Shown here: positions 27,935-39,200 of the stretch, one piece after another
Layout of the letters: each line of letters begins with the position of its first letter
Numbering within the stretch: position 1 is the first letter of the stretch
Source of the DNA: a virus
Reading direction: 5' to 3' (one strand)
Length of the DNA: 64,000 nucleotides
IMG/VR virus record: IMGVR_UViG_3300037587_000516
Coordinates: 23,127-87,126 of that record
The notes under the pieces: generated by a model
The model's database searches: none
What the model saw: the letters and a program-made list of their open reading frames with translations, nothing else
What the model was told of the DNA's origin: nothing
Made by a program: the position numbers and the translations under genes

Positions 27935-30205
27935 TTATTTCACTTCATCTTTAGTTAAACTGTCAACCATTTCCCGAAAGGCGGGTTGTTGATATAACCC
28001 AAATAAAATTGCTTGTCTTGATCGCTCCGATGCGTTTGCTGCTTTCTTAAGAGGCTCAAGGAATATTTTGTTAGCAGCTGATTCTCCACTTTGTATTTGG
28101 CTAACTACGCTATTAATTGTCTCAGGGGATGCCTCTATAATATCTAGAGACTTATCTGCCATACTAACCTTAGAAGGAGCTTTACTAACTGACTTTGCAA
28201 CTGCCTTAGCGCCTCGTACAGGGGCACCAGCAACAACGCCAATTGCATTACTCACCTTGTTTACTAAACTCGATGCAGTACCTACTAGGGCTCTAAACGA
28301 AGCACTCTCAGGAACGTGTTCCATCGGCTGGGATAGCTGATGTAATCGCCTAAGTTCCATAATTTCAGTATTTATAGAGTTAGCAAGTTCGGGGTCAACC
28401 TTTCTCAACTGCTTCATAATAACACTCTTGTCGGACAGTGGGTTATTATCACTGGTCCCAGAGATGAACGTAGCCAACTTTTGTTGGTTACCTATCTTAT
28501 CGGTTTCAAGTTTCGCCATTTTCCTAAGCTTCAAATGCTCACTAACATTTAGTAGTGAAGTAAGCTTCTTATTTACAGCATCAAGTGGTTGTTTGATCTC
28601 TTTAGCCGCGCCAGATAATTTGTCTTTTATTGCTACTGATGCTTGAGTTGCTGCTTCTGTAACTTCAGCTGGTAGATTATCCTTTTTAGCTATTGATGAG
28701 TATCGCTTTAGTAATCCCTGTAGCCTAGCTGCTTGCTCGGTGGAGAGACTCTCTGCGTTTAATGACGAAGGAACATCTGTTACAATTGCCTTAATCTGAC
28801 CACTAGTTAAATCTTGTGATGATAACACTTCACGACCAGATCCCGGATCAATAGTTCTTTGTATCTTACTTGGGTTTGGTCTAACGACAGGAGCCGCTGC
28901 TATTTTCTCGCCAGTCTTTCTAAATGCAGCACCAACACCCGGTGCTATTGTTGGGATGCCTTCTACAATCCCCTCAGCTACTTCTTCTGGCACTTCACTT
29001 GCTTTAACCGCGTTTACAATTGCTTGCTTTTGAAGCTTGTGTTGGGCTTCAGCTGCGGGATCTCTTAATCCTGATTTAATCAAATCCTTCTCAAGACGAT
29101 CCATTGCCTTTTTTGTTGCAACTCCATCGCCTAAGTAATCATCAAGTACATTTAGAAACTTAGCAGCATCAGCTTGTTCTGTCTTACTATCAATAGACGA
29201 AACCAATCTCCTTGCTTTTTCCAAATCATCCCTAGTGTTTATTTTAATACCAGCTTCATCTATCTTCTGAAGTATTGCTTTTTTGCCAGAACCAAGTGAC
29301 ATTAGTTTTGTGTTTAGCTCTTTGGCAAATTTGCCAGCAGCCGTTGCAATTTTCTGATTAGTTACATCGTTGTCCAGAGTAATACCTTTAACTCCAAATG
29401 AGAAACTATCAAGTGCATTTTGAATTCCGGGTACTTTTAATATAACACCCTTAACTACCTGACCTACTCCTGTTATACCGGCTCCCATTGCAGCACCTAA
29501 AGTTCCACCAACAACAGCTTCTTTAATAGTACCAGCAACATCACCTTCAAGTAAACTAGCATCGCCCATTGCTACACTAGAAATAGCCCCAAATTTAAGA
29601 CCTTCTCTTGATGCCAGCGCAACGGATTTAGCACGTTGTGCATCTCTAAGTATTTTGTATCTACGAAAGTCATCTAATTTCTTAGCTTTTTGTGCAAGCT
29701 TGCCTGTTTTAGTAATATCAGCGACACCCTTCATGCTAGGGAGCACTTTAGCAACAGTTGCCCCAACTTTGCCCATCTTTGCTATTGCTGCGCCAGGGAT
29801 TGGAGTGGCTACTCCACCAACCAACTCCGCTGCTATAAATGCACCGGGATGAGCTTCTTGTGCTACACCTTCGCGCTCTCTTTGTCCAGCACGACCTTCT
29901 TTGTATGCTTTAAGCAGCTCTTCGCCAGACAACGTTGGACCTTCACCTGACAAACTTATATCTGTTATTGGTCCACCAACCCCAGTAAGCCCCACAAGTC
30001 GTCCACCAGCCTCAAAAGCTCCCGCCAATTGACCACTAGCACCCAATGTAATTCCCCGTGTCGCCCCTTGCAAGACGCTCTCCGCCACCTCTACCGCTGG
30101 CTCTGGAGAAGCGGCTAGTTCTTCGGGCGTAAACTCAGTATCATCAAACAGAGCCTCGTCATATACTGTATCTTCAAATAATGAATCGTCTAATTTATCT
30201 GCCAT
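27935..30205 (-). CDS. putative internal virion/DNA ejection protein
   Basis: 756 aa Ala/Gly-rich, GITLGA and AQEAHPGAFIAAELVGG motifs; position at end of podovirus-type tail module. Confidence 0.65.
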   Translation of the reverse strand: MADKLDDSLFEDTVYDEALFDDTEFTPEELAASPEPAVEVAESVLQGATRGITLGASGQLAGAFEAGGRLVGLTGVGGPITDISLSGEGPTLSGEELLKAYKEGRAGQREREGVAQEAHPGAFIAAELVGGVATPIPGAAIAKMGKVGATVAKVLPSMKGVADITKTGKLAQKAKKLDDFRRYKILRDAQRAKSVALASREGLKFGAISSVAMGDASLLEGDVAGTIKEAVVGGTLGAAMGAGITGVGQVVKGVILKVPGIQNALDSFSFGVKGITLDNDVTNQKIATAAGKFAKELNTKLMSLGSGKKAILQKIDEAGIKINTRDDLEKARRLVSSIDSKTEQADAAKFLNVLDDYLGDGVATKKAMDRLEKDLIKSGLRDPAAEAQHKLQKQAIVNAVKASEVPEEVAEGIVEGIPTIAPGVGAAFRKTGEKIAAAPVVRPNPSKIQRTIDPGSGREVLSSQDLTSGQIKAIVTDVPSSLNAESLSTEQAARLQGLLKRYSSIAKKDNLPAEVTEAATQASVAIKDKLSGAAKEIKQPLDAVNKKLTSLLNVSEHLKLRKMAKLETDKIGNQQKLATFISGTSDNNPLSDKSVIMKQLRKVDPELANSINTEIMELRRLHQLSQPMEHVPESASFRALVGTASSLVNKVSNAIGVVAGAPVRGAKAVAKSVSKAPSKVSMADKSLDIIEASPETINSVVSQIQSGESAANKIFLEPLKKAANASERSRQAILFGLYQQPAFREMVDSLTKDEVK

Positions 30206-30212
30206 AATTATC

Positions 30213-32156
30213 CTATTTTACCAGTTGGTATTTACCTTTGGTTGCATTCCATTTATACTTTTTTCCATCTTTTTCAACTTCATCGCCATATGGGGCAGCT
30301 TTTTGTTGTGGTGCTTCTGGAGCATCCATTGTTGATTGAAAAAGGTCTCTCAAATCTTCATTAATGGCAACCCCTTCCTTGTCTTTACGGGTGAAGATTG
30401 GCTGTAATGTGGTATACATTTTACGTTGTGTACCAGTTAGGTTCTCTTTCCAGTAATCACGCTGGCCTATTAACTGCTCTTCAAAGTGTTGTATAAATTC
30501 TTTGTTTAAGTATGTTTCTGGAGATCCCATTAAATACTGCTTTATTGAATTCGCATCTCCAGCAATGGTACTTGGAATTAATCCGTGAATAGCATCTCTG
30601 GTAGCTTGGTTTCCGCCTTGTAATGTAGACGCCATAACCGTAGCTAATTCTTCCGCAATCTGCTCAGAAGGTACAAACTTACCTTTTCTAATACTTTCAA
30701 TTACTCGTAGTCCATCTCTAGACAATGTTTCTCTTAGTAGAGACTTTGCGTACACTGATCTAGCACCTTTAAGTCCAGCAAGCTTTTCTGATATATCCCT
30801 AACTGCCTTTTCATCCTTCATTCGAACACCAGCTTGGTGTCTAGCATCCGTTTCTTTTCGCTTCGCTTTACTTTCTTCAATTCTAGTACGGGCTAATTCT
30901 TTTGCTGATGCTGCTTGCGCTAGTTTAAACTCAGTTGGGTTTCTATTAACTAGAAGATGCCCACGAGATTCAACATCATGCTCCGCCCAAGTATCAGGAA
31001 CCTTTATACCAAACGCAGATTCTAAATTTGCCCTAGCTCGAACAGATGCTCCATCATCCGCATCCATTGAATACTTACTTGCCTTCTTTTGTTTGCCTTG
31101 TAGTTGTTTCAGTAAACTAAGCTTACCTTTTAGTGCTTGTACATCTGGACCAGGAGCCATCTCATCAAGAGTCGGAGCTTTATATGTTTGAGCAGGTGCT
31201 CTAACTTCAGCACCTAGTGCAGCAGAGGCTCCACCAGCAGCGTATTGAGCGCCAAACTTAGATAACCCTTCTACAACCTTTAGCAACACCTGTTTCTTTT
31301 TTGCTTCATTTCTGCTTTGTGATGCGTCTTTGTATTCATTTAGTATGTCTTGGTACTCTTTTTGGACATCAATGTTATCCATCTGTTTTATTGTTTTGTA
31401 TGATTGAAGGTCTTGCTCATTGGCATTTACTTCAGTTAATATATCTTTATCTATATCGTCTAAGATACCATCATCCTGCTCTTCAACTGGAGCAATTGGT
31501 TGCTCAATTGGCTGTGCTGCTGGGGCAACTGTCTGAGGCGGCTCCCTATCAAAAGGACCAAACTCATCATTGTCATCGACGAATCCATCAACTAACCCGC
31601 CTTCTTGAAATGATGGTTGTGCAGTTGGTTGAAGAGATGATACTTCTACCGGTTGTGTAGGTTGAACAATTGGTTGCTCAACAGGAGCTTCAATAGGCTG
31701 TTCTAAAGGCTGTATTCTAGACTTTACGTTCTTCAAATAAGCATCCACAGTAGGCAAAGTCTCTTCCTTACCTAATAGTTCTCTATTTATTGTTTTAGTA
31801 ACGCCTTGATTGTGTGCTTTAATTGCCATGTCATTTAATTGATCAGGAGTTAATTGGATACCGTTCTTTTTGGCTACCCTTCTAATTCGTTGTTTGTTAT
31901 CAACATACAACGCCGCCCCTGCTAGTTTATTAAAATCAGGATTCTCTAGTAGTTTAGGAAGGTCTTTCTTTTTAACATTCTTTCCTTCCCATTTTTTAGG
32001 AAGTAATCCTTGTTTATACAATCCCCTTGCTGTTTCTTTTTGGATCTGCATAAGACCAATAGATTCCCCAGCATCTCCTATAACAGTTGGTCTGCCACTG
32101 GATTCTTGTTGAACTATGGACTGCATTAATCTAGGATCAATATTATCATTTGCCAT
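30213..32156 (-). CDS. internal virion protein with N-terminal lytic transglycosylase domain
   Basis: IVQQESSG...IGLMQI...TA, AIKAHNQG, T.AYL.NV (SLT motifs). Confidence 0.8.
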   Translation of the reverse strand: MANDNIDPRLMQSIVQQESSGRPTVIGDAGESIGLMQIQKETARGLYKQGLLPKKWEGKNVKKKDLPKLLENPDFNKLAGAALYVDNKQRIRRVAKKNGIQLTPDQLNDMAIKAHNQGVTKTINRELLGKEETLPTVDAYLKNVKSRIQPLEQPIEAPVEQPIVQPTQPVEVSSLQPTAQPSFQEGGLVDGFVDDNDEFGPFDREPPQTVAPAAQPIEQPIAPVEEQDDGILDDIDKDILTEVNANEQDLQSYKTIKQMDNIDVQKEYQDILNEYKDASQSRNEAKKKQVLLKVVEGLSKFGAQYAAGGASAALGAEVRAPAQTYKAPTLDEMAPGPDVQALKGKLSLLKQLQGKQKKASKYSMDADDGASVRARANLESAFGIKVPDTWAEHDVESRGHLLVNRNPTEFKLAQAASAKELARTRIEESKAKRKETDARHQAGVRMKDEKAVRDISEKLAGLKGARSVYAKSLLRETLSRDGLRVIESIRKGKFVPSEQIAEELATVMASTLQGGNQATRDAIHGLIPSTIAGDANSIKQYLMGSPETYLNKEFIQHFEEQLIGQRDYWKENLTGTQRKMYTTLQPIFTRKDKEGVAINEDLRDLFQSTMDAPEAPQQKAAPYGDEVEKDGKKYKWNATKGKYQLVK

Positions 32157-33760
32157 TATTTTTTCTCACCGGTTCCCATTAAAACTTCTAGCGCTTTTAT
32201 TCTTGCGTTAGTGTCTTTCTGTGCTTGCTTCATTTGCTCGCCCTGCTCACTCATTTTTTTATGCTCGTCAACCAATCCTCTAGCCAATGGCTCTTTTTTG
32301 TTAGGAACTCCGCCGTCTGCGAACGTTAAATTCTCCATAGACTGAGCTTGGTCAGCAATTCCAACTCTAACTTCTTCCGGGGCTCTTTCTCCAGGACCGC
32401 CGTAACCTTCTGCATCTAAATCAGGAAGCATAGCTGGCTCAACTATATCCTCATCCCCAAGTCCGGATAGATCTCTGTATCCCTTTAGTAACTCCATTAA
32501 TCTCTGTTGTTGCTCAATGTTTAATACCATCTCACCAGAATTAACTTTTGCATCAACTCTGTCACCTTCAAAATCATCACCAGGAACAACGTCACCTTCT
32601 AGATACCTATCTTCGTCAGGAACTGGAACTCCTCCGCCAGCGTATCCGTCTACAGCTCCGCCGTGCTCGTAACCCTCTACCGTTCCACCATCTTCATATC
32701 CAGCAACTCCACCATCTTCTGCATTAAACTCACCAATCTTGCTGTAGTCAGTAGGAGCGGGGGGCTTGTACGCCTCTGGTTGCTTAGTAGCTTTGCTACT
32801 GCCTCCACCAAATGCACCTATTAATGTACCAGCAGCGCCAGTCATTGCAGCACCCTGTTGGATTCTACCAGCAGCAGCAGCTTGTCCGGCTTCTAATGTT
32901 CTAGCAGCAGCAGTATCTTGTGCTTGTGCTGTACCAGTAATTGCAGACGCAATTGACTTTTCTTTTGCCATGCGGTTTTGTAGATCTTGCTGAATCAATG
33001 CTTGGTTATGAATTTCTTGTTGTTGTGAAGCAGCGGCTCTTTGTTGTTCAATTTGCTGCTGACTACTTAAATTAGCTCCTTCAATCTGAGCCCGCTGTGC
33101 GGCGTTAAATCTAGCAATTGCATCAGCAGATTGTGCGGTTTGAGCTTGTTCGCCAAATTCCTGACCTCTAATACTACCGGCCATTCCAGCACCTTGTGTA
33201 ATCGCCTGTAAAGCCCTCTGTTGGGCTTGTCCTGACAACTGAGCCTGTGCCATAGCTCTTCGCTCAGCTCCTGCCTGTGAGGAGCTTAGGCGCTGTGCTA
33301 GCTCCATACCACTACCACCAACACCACGTTCAGCCATACTCTGTAAGATAGACTTATCCCTAGCCTGCGCTTCTCCAGCAACACTACGTTGCATCATCAT
33401 TTGTTGTGCTTTTTCTGCATCAGTTAACCCTGCCTCAGTAAACTGCTGCATGGATTCTAATGCTCCCATCTGAGCATCTTTTAGTCGGGGGTCTGCCGTA
33501 ATACCTTCCATTGCCGAGGGTCCAAGGTCCCTAATCTCTTGAAGACCAACTAATTCGGGAGATTCTAGTACGATCTTTTGTGCTTCAATCGTTGGTATCC
33601 CAACCGCCTCAAGTCTACGAATCGCCTCTTCTCTAGACGCCATTGCACTTGCGCTTTGTTGCTCTGAAAGAGCAGAAGCGTCAGCGGCATCACCACGAGC
33701 CCTACGCCCTTGTTCGACCTGATTTACTAATGCTGCACCTGCAACAACTGCCGTAGCCAT
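32156..33760 (-). CDS. putative ejection/pilot protein
   Basis: Ala/Gln-rich helical; tandem Y.xGG.V repeats; DRVDAKVNSGEMVLN motif. Confidence 0.65.
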   Translation of the reverse strand: MATAVVAGAALVNQVEQGRRARGDAADASALSEQQSASAMASREEAIRRLEAVGIPTIEAQKIVLESPELVGLQEIRDLGPSAMEGITADPRLKDAQMGALESMQQFTEAGLTDAEKAQQMMMQRSVAGEAQARDKSILQSMAERGVGGSGMELAQRLSSSQAGAERRAMAQAQLSGQAQQRALQAITQGAGMAGSIRGQEFGEQAQTAQSADAIARFNAAQRAQIEGANLSSQQQIEQQRAAASQQQEIHNQALIQQDLQNRMAKEKSIASAITGTAQAQDTAAARTLEAGQAAAAGRIQQGAAMTGAAGTLIGAFGGGSSKATKQPEAYKPPAPTDYSKIGEFNAEDGGVAGYEDGGTVEGYEHGGAVDGYAGGGVPVPDEDRYLEGDVVPGDDFEGDRVDAKVNSGEMVLNIEQQQRLMELLKGYRDLSGLGDEDIVEPAMLPDLDAEGYGGPGERAPEEVRVGIADQAQSMENLTFADGGVPNKKEPLARGLVDEHKKMSEQGEQMKQAQKDTNARIKALEVLMGTGEKK

Positions 33761-33761
33761 A

Positions 33762-34097
33762 CTACTCTCCTATTTCTTTCTTTAAATAAATAATATCTTT
33801 ATCACAATACAATAATGAAAATCCAAGTGATAATTGAAACTTCATTGAAGAGGTTGCTGTTGATAATGCGGGAATAATCGATCCCTTAATATAAGTACAT
33901 CCCTCAGCTTTTGCCATATCCGTAGCAATTTTGTCATAATCAGTAGCAACGTTTTGCCGACGAAATTCTTTTTTAACGAATACCTCTTGTACATAAAACT
34001 CAGCTCCTGTTATTTGGTATATAAAGAACCCCTTTTCATCTTCATGAATTTTGCGATTCGTTAATTCTTCTAAATATAAACCATAACTAGATTTCAT
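33762..34097 (-). CDS. GNAT-like acetyltransferase-fold protein
   Basis: FYVQEVFVKKEFRRQNVA motif; located between nozzle and ejection genes as in T7-like gp13. Confidence 0.65.
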   Translation of the reverse strand: MKSSYGLYLEELTNRKIHEDEKGFFIYQITGAEFYVQEVFVKKEFRRQNVATDYDKIATDMAKAEGCTYIKGSIIPALSTATSSMKFQLSLGFSLLYCDKDIIYLKKEIGE

Positions 34098-34100
34098 ATA

Positions 34101-35801
34101 CTACCTTCCATAATTCCGTAAACTGGAAAGATATGCTTGTCTTTGTTGTTCCTTTTGTGCTGATTCTTCTGGAGTTAAACCTACTTGCTTAATGTGTTCT
34201 CCCGTTTGAAAATCAGTAGAACCTATGTTATATCTCTGCCTAATGTCTTGGTATTGTTGGGCTTCGTCAGTAAACCCACCTCCCACTTTCTTGGATATCC
34301 AATCTTGTTTTATTTTAGCTATTTCCTGTGGAGTAAAAGTTTCACCAGCAGCTTGTCGTCTTTCTATGGACAGGTTAGCAGTTCTTTCTGCGTTCTCTAC
34401 CATACTTCTAGTACTCATGGCTTGTTGTGGAGTTAATCCAGACATAAGGTTTTGAAGTTCAGTTTCATAATCCTGCCGCTTTTGTTCAACGCCTGCTTGA
34501 AAATCACCAGCTTGTGTAAACAATTGTTGACCGCCAGCTTGTAGATTTTGATCAACACCACCGCCCAATTGAGTTAATGCATTTAGCTGTGCGGCTTGCT
34601 CTGCGGTTCTAAAAGAACCTTCGCCCAACTGGTTAAATCTAATATAGTCAGCAATATTCTCTCCATATAATTCACCAGTCATACCAGACATGCCTAACGT
34701 TTTGAACTGTTCTGGAGTTAATTGCTGACCACTTGCTACTGCGGATTGTAATGCAGCTTGTTGTTGTTGTGCAGTTGATAAACCAGCAGCAACGTCTTCC
34801 TGAACTCCAGCACGCCTTGCTGCAACAGCCTCCGTTGCCTGTGTTGCAATGTCTCCACGTTGCGCAGCTTGTTGTGCAAGCCTTGTTTGAACATCAGTTC
34901 CTAATGTACCAACCTGAGTACCAAGACCACTAGCCGCTTCCCTTGCTGATCTAACGCCACTGGCTCGCTGGGCAGCATCTCCACCAAGTAACAGTGTATC
35001 AAGTGCTTTTTGTCCACCAGTATATCTAGAACTCTGTTTTCCAACGGTTCTTTCTAGCTCCTCTTCACGACCAGCTGCCGTTCCAAATCCCTTTGCTCTA
35101 CGTTCTAATTCACTTGCTTGTGCCCGTTGCCGTGATAGCTCCGGGGCAATTATTTGTTGACCACCAGTTCCAGTTCTTAATCTATTAAATCTCTCAATGT
35201 CAGATTCTCCAGCACCACCAGCACCAGCTTGAGCAACAGTTTGTTGAACAAATGGCTGTGCAGCTTCTAATCTAGCCTGTTCTTGAGTAATTTGTGAACC
35301 AGCTCCTAATGCTGTTTCTCGTTGACCCGCAACATCTTGTCTTAGCGCTTGTGTCTCTTTACCAAATCCACCGGTTATTTGCTGTGATAATTGCTCTGTT
35401 TTTGGCACATTTGCTTCGATATACTGCTTTGGGTTAACAAACGACCCACTACCAGCCGGAGCATCAGATGACTCTGGTTGTGCTCCCGGTACAGTTGCGC
35501 CCGCCGGAGCCTGTCCACCAATAGCCGCACTTTGGGTTGACGCTGAAACTTCATCCTCATCGTCCTCTTCACTCACTACACCGCCAGTTACAAACTTCTG
35601 GGGTTCCCGTGAGTTAGTCCTACGCTCAGCTAACTGCTTGATACTACGTTGATAAGGGTACACAGGGGCCTGCTGTGGGGCAGGTTGTGCTGGTTGTTTT
35701 GACAGGTCGATGGACTCTCCAATAGGAGGCTGTTCCAACGGTTTCATTAGACTTTTCTTCTTTTTGTCTGTATCAGACTCAATTGCCATTAAATTCTCCA
35801 A
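34101..35801 (-). CDS. putative internal virion protein
   Basis: Gln/Ala/Gly-rich 566 aa; GSGSFVN..QYIEAN and YTGGQKALD.LLL motifs; start uncertain. Confidence 0.6.
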   Translation of the reverse strand: MENLMAIESDTDKKKKSLMKPLEQPPIGESIDLSKQPAQPAPQQAPVYPYQRSIKQLAERRTNSREPQKFVTGGVVSEEDDEDEVSASTQSAAIGGQAPAGATVPGAQPESSDAPAGSGSFVNPKQYIEANVPKTEQLSQQITGGFGKETQALRQDVAGQRETALGAGSQITQEQARLEAAQPFVQQTVAQAGAGGAGESDIERFNRLRTGTGGQQIIAPELSRQRAQASELERRAKGFGTAAGREEELERTVGKQSSRYTGGQKALDTLLLGGDAAQRASGVRSAREAASGLGTQVGTLGTDVQTRLAQQAAQRGDIATQATEAVAARRAGVQEDVAAGLSTAQQQQAALQSAVASGQQLTPEQFKTLGMSGMTGELYGENIADYIRFNQLGEGSFRTAEQAAQLNALTQLGGGVDQNLQAGGQQLFTQAGDFQAGVEQKRQDYETELQNLMSGLTPQQAMSTRSMVENAERTANLSIERRQAAGETFTPQEIAKIKQDWISKKVGGGFTDEAQQYQDIRQRYNIGSTDFQTGEHIKQVGLTPEESAQKEQQRQAYLSSLRNYGR

Positions 35802-35830
35802 ATATGGGCGGCTTATTAAAAAACAAACCT

Positions 35831-35845
35831 CTTATATAGTTGTTA
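35831..35845 (-). promoter_or_regulatory. TAACAACT motif (candidate late promoter)
   Basis: TAACAACTATATAAG; one of 7 similar minus-strand sites. Confidence 0.65.
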
Positions 35846-36253
35846 ATTACCTATAATCATCACTGTAAAATCGTACTTATTATCAGCCTGTAACCCGCTA
35901 ATATTGTTTACCTTTACCACAAGTTTAGACCTTGTTGCTGAAATAAAGGGCGTAGACGTAGGAAACAGGCTCCCGTCGGTCCTATTTACTGCTGAAATGA
36001 CAATAAACCCAGCAACATTGGTCTGTGTAACCTTAAACAGATTATTACCAACTGGGGTCCCGGAAGAATCAACAGTCATACTAAATGTCGTAACCTCTTG
36101 ATTTAAGTTATCAAAATCAATATTTCCATTCATTGTACCAACAACTTGGTCCATAAATCTATTAAGGGTAAACGCCAGTTTGTCGATGACATCGTGGTAT
36201 TTCTTAGGATAATCCTCTTTTAGTATACGCCTTATGTTATCTAACTGTGGCAT
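35843..36253 (-). CDS. virion-associated hypothetical protein
   Basis: TAATG overlap with nozzle gene; NGNIDFDNL motif. Confidence 0.7.
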   Translation of the reverse strand: MPQLDNIRRILKEDYPKKYHDVIDKLAFTLNRFMDQVVGTMNGNIDFDNLNQEVTTFSMTVDSSGTPVGNNLFKVTQTNVAGFIVISAVNRTDGSLFPTSTPFISATRSKLVVKVNNISGLQADNKYDFTVMIIGN

Positions 36254-39200
36254 TAAATACCCCTGTATGCTCTAGTTGAGTACGCCCTTGGCTCAAGTGA
36301 AATCCCCAAAATACTGAAAATCTCTCTGGCATTTATATGCGTAAATTTAACGGAAATATATCGACATCGTTGCTTTTGTCTTGGAATTAGGGTCCTAAAA
36401 GGAACGTCAGTCCCTTCTCCACCCCAGGCAGATTCTCCCCAAGGAAAGCTTCCCCAAAAACCAACGCCTCTACCATTAAACTTTAGATCGCCGAAATCCT
36501 TACTGAGGTCGGTTGAGAAGGACAGAGTTGCTGAGACGAAGTTATTTTGATCTAGGACCAAGGTTCCTTCAGCAACTTGCTTAAGAGACTCTGGGCTACC
36601 AAAATGCTGTGGCGCATATTCTACAGTAGACTTAATACCAATAAAATCAGTAATAGGTCCAAATAGAAAGGGCATTGCATATTCAAGAGTTAGAACAGCT
36701 GCTGTAGCATCTATACTATTTATCACTGCTTCAAATAATGTGCCCTCTGATATTGTTTGATAATCAAAAAACCCAGTACCGGCTGAAAGATTTAACTCAC
36801 CAATAAAAGTATTGTAATCATCTCCAATTTGTGTAAACGTAACTCCTGTTGGAACAGAGTAACTTGTTGTAGCATCGTCAGTGTTAACCTTCGTTACCAG
36901 CGCTAATAACTGCGCAGCAGAATCGGCACCAACCGTAAGTTCTAATGTTGATTCATAATCAATATCGTCCAATAAAACATCAGTATCTAGTTTTCTAAGT
37001 AGTCGATTAAACTTAGCCAACGTGACCTGCTGAAGTTGAGTAATAACATCACCAGGATTCATATTAAGGGAGGTTGCTACTCGTATCTCAACAGAGTCGG
37101 CAGGAACTGTTTGGACAATGATCGTTGCAACAAAATCATCATCAGCATGATCGGTTCTATCATTCAGTTTACGTTCTTTGCGAACAAACGATGTTCCGCC
37201 AGCGGATATATACAGCTTATCGTCAGCTGGATTAACAACCGCATTTGTTGCATCTAGGCCAGTCCACCTAACCCACCCGCTATTAAACGTATTGTATCTA
37301 TAGACTTGAGTTCCGAATGTGTCTGGTTCTGCTGATGGCATCCATAATAAGTATGATCTATCAGTTTCATACCCAACCCCAAATGCTGCGGTTCTAACAT
37401 TAAATTGATTTCCGGATACCCCAAAGATCTTATCTTCAATCCGTCTTGAAATAACACCAACGCCAGTATCAGCAACAGTGGCAACGCCCTGTGTTGACAG
37501 CATGTATATTTGGTTATTTAAGTTAGCAGCGCTATCTGGTGCTATAATACTAACTGAATCATCTAATAGTCTCACCGAAAAATTGGGAGCTATAGTTCCT
37601 GTTAATATGAAAACCCCATCTGTTTTCAATATAAATAGATTATCACGAAGAGCAATGATTCTTTCGATTGGCTCATCTTTTCCACCAACGTCAATAAAGT
37701 TAACTATAGGAACTGCTTCTGGTCGTCCGTTTTTTGAAAAGTATACTCTATTAGGACTAACTTCGTTATCAGCAGTTTGTCGTATTTCAAATACTCGCCC
37801 TGTTGATGTTGCATCAAATGTTTCGGCAATATCAAATTCCGTAACGGATTGAATGTTAGTAATTTCGTATTTACCAAATGCTGCATTTGTTGTGTTATAA
37901 ATAAAAACTTCATTACCAACCACATATCCATGACTCAACGTTGTTGTAACTCTAATGGTCCCAACTGCCGGTTCCGACATTGACGCAACAACAATAGCCT
38001 GATCCATAATTGGATTAAATTGATTTGTTATACTAGCAGTATCGTCCTGTAGCCCAATATAGAACTCTGTATCAGACAATGCCTTGCCCTCAAGTAGAAT
38101 CAGCCCAGGAAGATCGTCTTCGCTTGATAAATAACTGGCGTTAACAATCCCGTTAGTATCTGCGTTTATTATTCTAACCAAAGATCGAGCAGACTCATCA
38201 ATAGACTGTGCGATGGATACTAGACTAGATAGTAAAACGTCACCACCAGCAGCAGTATCCGCCGTTTCTCCAGTACCTTGGGTAATAGAACCAATTGCCC
38301 ATGCTCCACCAAGTGAGTTTACTGTAGCATCATCTGCTTTTCCGTTTTTACTGGCGACTATTGTTACTGAGCCAGTATTGTCTGTTACAGCAAAATCTAA
38401 AGAAAAGGTTGCATTTCCAGTAAGTATTGATTCAACTTGAGCCGATGTTCCAGCAGCAGTATCAGCCACTCCGGAAATATCAACTCGAATGCCAATTCGC
38501 CCAACAATTGCGGGATCTGTATCAGAACCAGTTGTGTCCATCCAGACATAGTATTTTCTTTCGTTAGTTGCTGAGTTCAATAGTATATGTCCAGCAGCAG
38601 TTGTATTTGTTCTGGAATCACATGTTATTGGCGTAGTCTCAATTGACCCAACAAAGGTATATTCTCGATCAACAGTTGCGTTTCCAATTACAAATTTAGA
38701 AACTCCACTAGTTAATGCCGAAACGCCAAGTAATGTAAATTGTTGTCTATAAATTGTTTGTGTGTTTGCATAGAATGTTGAGCCACGAAAGTTAGCAATG
38801 TCGTTTGCCAATGGCGGCTTATCATTCGCCTGTAGAATACCATCACCACTAACGGGGTTTGTATATAAAAGAACTCCGGACTCTCTAAAGCTATCTGGCA
38901 ATTCATCTGTAATGGAAATAGTCCCGGCTGAAATCTCGGCGGAAGTAAGGTTCGACTCGAATACAAGATTCATTTCATCACCGGGCGCAATATTATCTAG
39001 ATCGCCGATTACTGAAACAGTACTAAGCCCTGTTCTATATACTTGGTAGAAAAAGTCAGTAGTATTTGCACTGTCCGGGATGATATAAGTAAGATCAACG
39101 TTTGCTTCTAAAGTTTCGTCGGTGTTTACAACAACCAACCGTAAGCTTGGAGCACCAAGAAGTAAGTTATTATTTTCATCTCGCTTGCCCCAAACAATTC